From the NCBI GenBank assembly GCA_041492755.1, contig JBGPXN010000002.1, positions 22,077 through 86,076 of the forward strand: a stretch of DNA of 64,000 nucleotides. The letters run 5' to 3'. This document shows, piece after piece, positions 49,823-57,158 of this stretch (the stretch's first letter is position 1; each line of letters begins with the position of its first letter). This stretch comes from Candidatus Methylomirabilia bacterium (GTDB lineage: Bacteria > Methylomirabilota > Methylomirabilia > Rokubacteriales > CSP1-6). The notes under the pieces are model-generated. The model did no database searches and was not told the DNA's origin. It was given only the letters and a program-made list of their open reading frames with translations. Both the position numbers and the translations under genes were made by a program.

Positions 49823-49981
49823 ATGGATGCCAATGGCGAACGTCGTGGCGAGGGCGATGGCCGGAAGCCCTACGAGCCACCCCAGATCGTGAGCGAGGAC
49901 ATCTTCGAGACGACCGCTCTGGCGTGCGGCAAGAAGCCGATGCAGGGCGGCAACTGCGCGGCCCGCGCGAAGGCCTCCTGA
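49823..49981 (+). CDS. Putative RiPP precursor peptide, 52 aa (not in the ORF track)
   Basis: GAGGAGG RBS at 49811-49817. MDANGERRGEGDGRKPYEPPQIVSEDIFETTALACGKKPMQGGNCAARAKAS*; fills the gap between PqqD and the radical SAM gene. Confidence 0.8.
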   Translation: MDANGERRGEGDGRKPYEPPQIVSEDIFETTALACGKKPMQGGNCAARAKAS

Positions 49982-49982
49982 C

Positions 49983-51092
49983 GTGTCCGCTCTCGCCGAG
50001 CGCGTGGCCGACCTCAGCATGGCGCGACGGATCCCGCTGTCCGTCCACGTCGATCTCACCATGCGCTGCAACGAGACGTGCGTGCACTGCTACCGCGTCA
50101 TCGAGCGCCGCGACGAGCTCACCACGGCCGAAGTCACCGCGCTGCTCCACGAGCTGGCCCGGGCGGGCACGCTCTATCTCACGTTCAGCGGGGGTGAGGT
50201 TTTTCTGCGGCGCGACCTGTTCGAGCTCATCGAGGTCGCCAAGCGGCTGCGCTTCGACCTTCGGCTCAAGACCAACGCGCTGCTCGTCACGCGGGAGCGG
50301 GCGGAGCGCCTCCGCGCGCTCGGCGTCCGGCAGGTGGACATCAGCATCTACAGCGCCGATCCGGCCGTGCACGATCAGGTCACCCGCGTCCCCGGCTCGC
50401 TCGCCCGGTCGCTGCAGGGCGTCCAGCATCTGACGGCGGCCGGGCTCCGAGTTCGCCTCAACTGTCCGTTGATGGCCCATACGGCGGCCACCTACCGGGA
50501 CGTGCGCGCCCTGGCGGAACGGCTCGGCGTCACGTGCGGCTTCGATCCCATGATCACCGCCCGCAACGACGGCGATCGCCGGACGGTCGGCCTGCGCATC
50601 CGGCCCGCTGAGCTGCGTCGGGTGCTTCAGGACCCGGTGCTGAATCCGCCGGCACCCTCCGGGACGAAGCCGCCCGCCGCCGACCCAGCCCCGCCGGCCG
50701 GCGCGCGCGCCGACCTCGACGACATCGCGTGCGGCGCCGGCCACAACGCCTGTTACGTGAGTGCCTACGGAGACGTCATGCCCTGCGTGGCCATGCCGAT
50801 CGCCTGCGGCAGCATTCGGGACGCGTCGTTCATGGAGATCTGGTCACGCTCGCCGAAGATGCAGGAGGTCCGAGCCGTCCGGATCCGTCACCTGCATACC
50901 TGCGCCACCTGCGAGGTCGCCTCGTTCTGTTCACGCTGCCCCGGCCAGGCCCTGGTCGAGGACGGCGACCTCTACGGACCCTCGACGGCTGCCTGTGAAC
51001 ACGCCGCCGTCGCCGCGGGACTTGCTGGCATTGCCGCGGTCCCGGCCTCGTGGCGAGGGCGAGACGGTCTGCCCTCCCGCATCGCGCCGTAA
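49983..51092 (+). CDS. Radical SAM/SPASM peptide maturase
   Basis: CNETCVHC; SGGE; SPASM CGAG...GDVMPC...CATCEVASFCSRCPG.A...GD..GP...C. Confidence 0.92.
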   Translation: MSALAERVADLSMARRIPLSVHVDLTMRCNETCVHCYRVIERRDELTTAEVTALLHELARAGTLYLTFSGGEVFLRRDLFELIEVAKRLRFDLRLKTNALLVTRERAERLRALGVRQVDISIYSADPAVHDQVTRVPGSLARSLQGVQHLTAAGLRVRLNCPLMAHTAATYRDVRALAERLGVTCGFDPMITARNDGDRRTVGLRIRPAELRRVLQDPVLNPPAPSGTKPPAADPAPPAGARADLDDIACGAGHNACYVSAYGDVMPCVAMPIACGSIRDASFMEIWSRSPKMQEVRAVRIRHLHTCATCEVASFCSRCPGQALVEDGDLYGPSTAACEHAAVAAGLAGIAAVPASWRGRDGLPSRIAP

Positions 51093-51265
51093 GCTCGTAC
51101 AAAGCAAGCTGAAGTAGCTTCTTATCACCCCTAGTCCGGGTCTCGGGGTTTCTCCCGCCCAAAATACGGGCGGCGCCGGATCGACGCCACTTCAGAACTT
51201 TCCTATCCTGTTCACACCCGCCGAAAAACTTTTCACATGGAAGTGCACATGCGCCCTTCTTCGAC

Positions 51266-54200
51266 ATGAAGCGAGCCTGGTTCCTGGCTCTCCTGCTGGC
51301 CTTGACCAGCCCGGTGGCTCGCGCCGAAGAGGCCCAGGCGGACGATTGCGCCCGCCTGAGTGGGGTCGTGGTCGATTCTGGTCTGACCTCGGAGTGCCGG
51401 ATCGCCACCCAGGTCAACGCCAGCGGCGCCTATAACATCGCCACGGCGCTCCGCATCATGTCCACGGGGCAAATCGTGGTTCCCCCGGTGGCCACCGGGA
51501 ACTCGCTGACACTGAACGTCGCCGGCGCTCTCACCTTCGAAGTCCCAACGCTGGCGGGCGCGGCGTCGATCGTGGGCGACACCGACGTATTTGGCCCGAA
51601 CCCCGGCGGCATCGGCGCCAGCCTGACGATCACCGCTACGGGCGATGTCGTCCTGCGCGGCGACGGCTCCAAGGGCGCCATCGTGTCCGCCAACTCGGAT
51701 CCTGCCGGCTGCACCGGGAACGGCAAGGCCGGAACCATCGTCATCGGCTCGACGCTTGGTCAGGTCACGGTGGAGAACGGCGGGAGCATCGAGGCCTCCG
51801 GGCAGTGCCCGGCAGGTGAAATCTCCATCGTCACCGACGAGGGCGACATCCGGATCGACGGAGTGGTGGAGGCCGCGAGCGGGACCTCGGGGAGCGGCGG
51901 CGTTACCCGACCGCGCGGGGGCCCGATCACCATCTCGGCGGCCTGCAAGCTCACCATCGACAAGAACGGTCGTGTCAGCTCCAAGGGACTCAGTCCCGGT
52001 GCCGACCTCGTCCACCTCGAGAGCGGCTGCGACACGGAAATCCTCGGCCGCGTCGAGTCCGTCGCGGGGGTCGTCCCGGACGGGATGCCGAACCGGTGTA
52101 CCGCGCCGTTCCGGCCGGACAAGCCGACCAACGCCACCGCGTGCATCGAGGTCTGGGCGGGCGGAAAGCTCGTCGTCACGACGATCACGCCGAACAACGG
52201 ATACGTCGTGGCGGAGACCGGCGCCGGAGTGAGCGCCGCGCTTCCCGGCATCTGCTGTACGTGGATCGACCTCTTCGCCAACGGCGACGTCACGATCCAG
52301 GGCCGGCCAACGAGTGTGCGCGGCCAGCCCTACGCGATCGCCGCCCGTCAGACCGCGGCGAACGCCAAGGGCGGGTCCATCGACGTGAAGTCCGTGAAGG
52401 GCAAGGTCACCACGAGCGGCCGAGCCCTGGTTGCCGACGCCATCACCGCGCCCGGTGGCACCGGCGGCAGCATCACGATCGAAGCGGGCGGACCGACGAC
52501 GTATCCGCCGAACCTCGTGCACCCGGCCGACCCGGCATCGAACGTCGACCTGGGCGACACGTCGGTGCGTGCGGTGGGGGGCGCTCAGATCACGCCGCCC
52601 GGCCGCGGCAGCATCGCGGTCCGGTCCTTCAACGGTCAGATCACGGGGGGTGGCCTGACCAATGGTGCGCCCGACATCAACAAGGGGCATCTCGATGCCT
52701 CCGGCGGCGGTACGGCCGTGGTCATCGACGTCCGCCTCTGCGAAGGCGATCTCTACATCGGCCCCATTCTCCCGGGGGCGACGCGGAGCTCGCTGGCCTG
52801 CGGCGGCAATCCGACGCCACCCTCGTTCGTGGACGTCCCGGTGTTCGTGCCGCGACCGACCGTCACGATCTCGAGTCCGGCCGGCTGCCAGAACTTCGTG
52901 TGCGTCTTCAACGCGGCACCTCGCCCTGCCACGGCGCTCGCGACCGGCACCCAGGGCGAGCCGCTCTCGCCGGTGAACGTCACGTACGCCTTCAACGGCA
53001 ACCCCGTGACGGTACCACTCGCCGTCGGCGACTACGTCGTGACCGCGACGTTCCCGGGCAACGCGAATTACCGGTCGGCTTCGGCCACCGCGATCGTCAC
53101 GGTCATCGGCGGTAACCTGCCGGTCCCGACGCTCAGCGTGACGGGGGGGACGTTCACCTATGACCGCGCGCCGCATTCGGCGACGGTCACCCTGTTGGGC
53201 AATGGCTTGCCGCTCGCCGGAGCCATCGTCACCTACAACGGCTCGCCGGCCCCGCCGGTGAACGCCGGGATGTACGCGGTCGTCGCCTCGTACGCCGGCA
53301 GCTCGCTCTTCCTGCCCGCCGGACCGGTCCAGACGACGATCACGATCAACCAGGCGACGCCCGTGGTGAGCGTGTCGTCGTTCTCCGCCCTCTACGACGG
53401 CAACCCGCATCCGGCCAGCGGCTTGGTCACGGGCGTCGGCGGCGAGAGCCTCGGCGCCCCGACGTTCACCTACAGCGGATCGCCGAGCGCGCCGCGCTTC
53501 GCGATCGGCAGCTACACCGTCGTCGGAACCTACGCCGGCAGCACCAACTACTCGGGCGCGACCGGCACGGGCACGATTACGCTGACGCCGGCGACGCCGC
53601 TGGTGACCGTGAGCCACCTGACGTTCCTGTACGACGGCCAGCCCCATCCCGCCACGGGCAGCGTCATCGGTGTGAACGGCGAAGTGCTGAGCGGCCTGGC
53701 GTTCACGTACGACAACTCCCCGGCGGCGCCCACCACGCGGGGCTTCTACCCGGTCACCGGCGCGTTCACGGGCGGCGGCAACTACGGGCCCGCGACCGGC
53801 GTCGGGTCGGTGACCATCGTTGGCCTGCCGGTGACCGTCACGGTGACGGGCGCCAGCGTCACGTACGACGGGCAGCCGCATCCGTCCACGGCCACGGTGA
53901 CGGACGCCAGCAACGTCGTCATCGCCATCGTTCCCCTCGTCTACAACGACCTGGACGCCGGCGGCTCCGTGCCGATCCCCGTCGACGCCGGGACGTACGA
54001 CGTCGTGGCCTCCTATCCGGGCGACGACGTCAACGCGCCCGCGGAGGGCTCGGCCCAGACCGTGATCGCGCCGTTCACCACGCAGATGACCCTCACCGGC
54101 GGCTCGTTCACCTACGATGGCCAGGCGCATCCCACCGTGGTGACCGTGACCGGCGTCGGCGGCCAGCCGCTGAGCCCGGTGGACGTGACGTACAACGGCG

Positions 54201-55918
54201 TGCCGGATCCGCCCGTCGCCGTGGGCACCTACACGGTCGTCGCCACGTTCGCGGCCACGCGCAACTACGCGGGCGTCACGCGCTCGGCAACGATCACGAT
54301 CCGGGCGCTGCCGGCCACGGTCAGCGTCACCGGCGGTTACTTCGCCTTCGACGGTCAGCCGCACCCGGCGACGGGCACCGTGACCGGCGTGAGCGGCGAG
54401 CCCCTCGCGCCACTGACGTTCACCTACAACGGCCTCCCCGACGCGCCGGTGAACGCCGGCACGTACCAGGTGGTAGGCACGTTCCCCGGCAACGACCTGT
54501 ACGGCCCGGCCACGGCGACGGCCGTGATCCGGATCGTGTCCGGCGACGAGGCCGGCGAGACCTGTGTGCTCGTGGACTTCCGGGAGATCACCTACTTCCG
54601 GAACCAGACGGTGATCACGTCGTCGGATGCCGGCATCCGCCTGCGCAGCGGGATCGGCGGGCCGTTCAACCCGGCGCTGTGGCCGTACGACGCGAACGGC
54701 GCTGCGGGGAAGACGCGCTCGCGGGGAACGCTGTTCCGCATCTACGGCTTCAAGGCGGACCAGCTCGGCGCGCGCATTCCGGACGCCGACAACCCGCTGA
54801 GCTATCCGGTGGTCGCGGACCCGAACATTCCCGGCGCGTACTACATCGATCTCGGCGGCAAGCCGGCGCGGGTGACGGTGTGCGTCCCGCAGTTGCAGAC
54901 GAATCTCCTCGACGGGTCGCTCGATGACGCCGGCGTGCTCCCCGGCAGCCCCCGGCTGACCGACGCGCAGAAGAACGTGCCGGGCATCATGCTCACCCAC
55001 AACGCGGTCAAGCTCTCGATCCCGTCGCGCGTGCGCACCGAGCTGCGCGCTCTCGGCATGCCGCTGGTGGACCAGCGCGGGCGCGACGTGGCGTACGGAT
55101 ACATCCACTACGTCGGTTTCCAGCTCTGGGGCCACGGAAACGAGAGCCTGCGCGAGTTCGTCGACGTCCGGGTGGAGTTCGTCAACGACGACGCCACCGA
55201 CCGGCGGCTCCACTACGAGTACGGCTTCCATACCGTGAAGAACGACGACTTCGAGAGCCCGGCCGGCTGCAACTACATGGACCGCAACCCCGGTAACGAC
55301 GGCCTGCGATTCAACGACGTGTGGGAAGGCACGCGCGTCGGGGACCCGGACTATGGCCCGGCCTGCGGCGCGCGGGAGCCGTCGCAGAACCAGAAGGTGC
55401 GCGCGAACTACGCGGTGCCGTTCAATGGCGTGCAGCTCCTGACCGCGGTGAACACCCACGACGACACCGTGCGCATCTTCTTCGGCGAGATCCGGCCGGT
55501 GCCGCCGGCGAATCGTGCCCCGGCCCTGACCTCGCCGGGTAACCGGACGGTGACAGTGGGCTCGGCGCTCACGTTCACGCTCCAGGCGACGGATGCCGAC
55601 GGCGACGCCCTGACCTACGGCGCCACCGGCCTGCCGGCGGGCGGCACGCTGAACGCCGCGACCGGCGCGTTCGCGTGGACGCCGACATCCACCCAGGTGG
55701 GCGCCTTCAGCATGACCTTCACCGTGACCGATGCGGGCGGGTTGCGCGACTCCAGGACGGTCGTCCTGACGGCGCAGCGCAAGCGCACGGGGGACAAGGA
55801 CTCCGAGCCCGACGACGACGAGCGCTCGCACAGGCAAAAGACGGGCGAGCGGTCTCGAGACGACGATGACGATCGCCCGGCGTCCCGAAAAGCAGGTGAA
55901 TTATCGCGCGACGACTGA
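51266..55918 (+). CDS. Giant secreted protein with beta-helix-like N-terminus, seven MBG-like repeats, an unknown domain and a putative Ig domain
   Basis: Signal peptide; YDG.PHPAT...P..AG.Y.V.A.F.G..NY x7; N.AP...L.ATDADGDALTY...GLP.G..LN..TG.F.WTP; charged tail. Confidence 0.85.
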   Translation: MKRAWFLALLLALTSPVARAEEAQADDCARLSGVVVDSGLTSECRIATQVNASGAYNIATALRIMSTGQIVVPPVATGNSLTLNVAGALTFEVPTLAGAASIVGDTDVFGPNPGGIGASLTITATGDVVLRGDGSKGAIVSANSDPAGCTGNGKAGTIVIGSTLGQVTVENGGSIEASGQCPAGEISIVTDEGDIRIDGVVEAASGTSGSGGVTRPRGGPITISAACKLTIDKNGRVSSKGLSPGADLVHLESGCDTEILGRVESVAGVVPDGMPNRCTAPFRPDKPTNATACIEVWAGGKLVVTTITPNNGYVVAETGAGVSAALPGICCTWIDLFANGDVTIQGRPTSVRGQPYAIAARQTAANAKGGSIDVKSVKGKVTTSGRALVADAITAPGGTGGSITIEAGGPTTYPPNLVHPADPASNVDLGDTSVRAVGGAQITPPGRGSIAVRSFNGQITGGGLTNGAPDINKGHLDASGGGTAVVIDVRLCEGDLYIGPILPGATRSSLACGGNPTPPSFVDVPVFVPRPTVTISSPAGCQNFVCVFNAAPRPATALATGTQGEPLSPVNVTYAFNGNPVTVPLAVGDYVVTATFPGNANYRSASATAIVTVIGGNLPVPTLSVTGGTFTYDRAPHSATVTLLGNGLPLAGAIVTYNGSPAPPVNAGMYAVVASYAGSSLFLPAGPVQTTITINQATPVVSVSSFSALYDGNPHPASGLVTGVGGESLGAPTFTYSGSPSAPRFAIGSYTVVGTYAGSTNYSGATGTGTITLTPATPLVTVSHLTFLYDGQPHPATGSVIGVNGEVLSGLAFTYDNSPAAPTTRGFYPVTGAFTGGGNYGPATGVGSVTIVGLPVTVTVTGASVTYDGQPHPSTATVTDASNVVIAIVPLVYNDLDAGGSVPIPVDAGTYDVVASYPGDDVNAPAEGSAQTVIAPFTTQMTLTGGSFTYDGQAHPTVVTVTGVGGQPLSPVDVTYNGVPDPPVAVGTYTVVATFAATRNYAGVTRSATITIRALPATVSVTGGYFAFDGQPHPATGTVTGVSGEPLAPLTFTYNGLPDAPVNAGTYQVVGTFPGNDLYGPATATAVIRIVSGDEAGETCVLVDFREITYFRNQTVITSSDAGIRLRSGIGGPFNPALWPYDANGAAGKTRSRGTLFRIYGFKADQLGARIPDADNPLSYPVVADPNIPGAYYIDLGGKPARVTVCVPQLQTNLLDGSLDDAGVLPGSPRLTDAQKNVPGIMLTHNAVKLSIPSRVRTELRALGMPLVDQRGRDVAYGYIHYVGFQLWGHGNESLREFVDVRVEFVNDDATDRRLHYEYGFHTVKNDDFESPAGCNYMDRNPGNDGLRFNDVWEGTRVGDPDYGPACGAREPSQNQKVRANYAVPFNGVQLLTAVNTHDDTVRIFFGEIRPVPPANRAPALTSPGNRTVTVGSALTFTLQATDADGDALTYGATGLPAGGTLNAATGAFAWTPTSTQVGAFSMTFTVTDAGGLRDSRTVVLTAQRKRTGDKDSEPDDDERSHRQKTGERSRDDDDDRPASRKAGELSRDD
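52850..54540 (+). repeat. Seven tandem ~75-80-aa MBG-like repeats
   Basis: Recurrent TYDGQPHPAT / TYNG...PVNAG.Y.V motifs; boundaries approximate. Confidence 0.75.
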
Positions 55919-55964
55919 AGCGGGCGCCACCGATCGGGCGGTGGCCCGCCGTACAATCGCATCG

Positions 55965-57101
55965 ATGCCGTTAGGGCCTTTCCGCGCCGTTGACCAGTGG
56001 TTGACCCGCTGCCTGCACGACGCCGGCCGCGGGATTCCGGCTCCCGGCGGCCCGGCGCCCGATGACTGGAGCGCCGTGCTGGCGACCGCGGAGCGCCACG
56101 GCCTCGGCGCGGCGCTCGGCTGGGCCGTCCGCGCACGCGGTGACGTGCCGGCCGCCGTCCGTGCAGCAGGCGAACGTCATCTCGCGCACGGCGCGGCGCG
56201 CCACCTCCTCATGACCAACGGGCTCGTGCAGGTCCTGCGCGCGTGCGCCGCCGACGGAATCCCGGTGATACCGCTGAAGGGCCCGGCGCTCGCCGAGGCG
56301 CTCTATCCCCATCCGGGCATGCGTCCCTGCAACGACGTCGACATCCTCGTGCGTCCCGCCGACGTGCGTCGCGCGGACGCCGCCTTGCGGCGCCTCGGAT
56401 ACGCGTCGTACGACGACGCGCATTCCTGGGACTTCGACCTCGCGTACGACCACGCGACGCTGTACGAGCGCACCGACGGCGTGCGCCTGGACCTGCACTG
56501 GCGCCTGCTCAACGATCCGCGCTACACCGGCGACGTCGACGCCGGCATCTGGGACCGCGCCACCGAGCAGGAGATCGCCGGCCTCCGGGCCCGCGTCCTC
56601 GGCCGGGAGGACGTGCTCCTCTATCTGGCTGTGCACCTCGCCGTGCACCACGCCCTGGACGGTCTGGTCTGGTACTGGGACCTCGCGCTCCTCGTCGACC
56701 GCTGGCGCCCGGAGATCGACTGGCAGGCCGTGGTGACGCGCGCGCTCGCCGGCCACGTCCGACGCGCGCTCTTCCACGCGCTCGCCGGTCTGCACGCCAC
56801 GTTCGGAGTGAGCGCGCCCCCGGACGCGATGGCGCGGCTCGCCGTCCACGGGCCGCGCGCCGCGTTCGTGGGTTGGTTGCTGCGACATGCGCCGGCCAGC
56901 CGACTCGAGTACCTCCTGCCGCTGCTGCTGATCGACCGGGCGCGCGATCTTCCCGGCGTGGTACGCGCCGCCCTCGTCCCGCCGCCGCGCTGGGTGCGCG
57001 CTCGCTACGGTGGCAACGGCTCGCTCGCCCGACCGTACCTCACGCATTACCGCCGGCTCGGCCACATCGTGCTCGGAGGCGGGCCGCGCGGCACGCCCTA
57101 A
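55965..57101 (+). CDS. Uncharacterised nucleotidyltransferase (NTP_transf_5-like)
   Basis: IPLKGPALA..LYP.PG.R..NDVDILV; LDLHW. TACAAT lies 7 nt upstream of the ATG, so the transcript may be leaderless. Confidence 0.85.
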   Translation: MPLGPFRAVDQWLTRCLHDAGRGIPAPGGPAPDDWSAVLATAERHGLGAALGWAVRARGDVPAAVRAAGERHLAHGAARHLLMTNGLVQVLRACAADGIPVIPLKGPALAEALYPHPGMRPCNDVDILVRPADVRRADAALRRLGYASYDDAHSWDFDLAYDHATLYERTDGVRLDLHWRLLNDPRYTGDVDAGIWDRATEQEIAGLRARVLGREDVLLYLAVHLAVHHALDGLVWYWDLALLVDRWRPEIDWQAVVTRALAGHVRRALFHALAGLHATFGVSAPPDAMARLAVHGPRAAFVGWLLRHAPASRLEYLLPLLLIDRARDLPGVVRAALVPPPRWVRARYGGNGSLARPYLTHYRRLGHIVLGGGPRGTP

Positions 57102-57158
57102 GGCGGCTCCGCGTATACTCGCCGCAGTGTTGAGCGCCGCGATCCGCCCCGTCGAGCC

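Noticed and set aside
49560..49892. 110-aa ORF overlapping pqqD and the precursor
   Set aside because: It is an Arg-rich off-frame translation; the RBS at 49811 serves ATG 49823 in a different frame.
48283..51092. Lasso peptide or PQQ biosynthesis cluster
   Set aside because: There is no asparagine-synthetase-like cyclase or transglutaminase B2, no pqqB/pqqC, and the peptide lacks the PqqA ExxxY motif.
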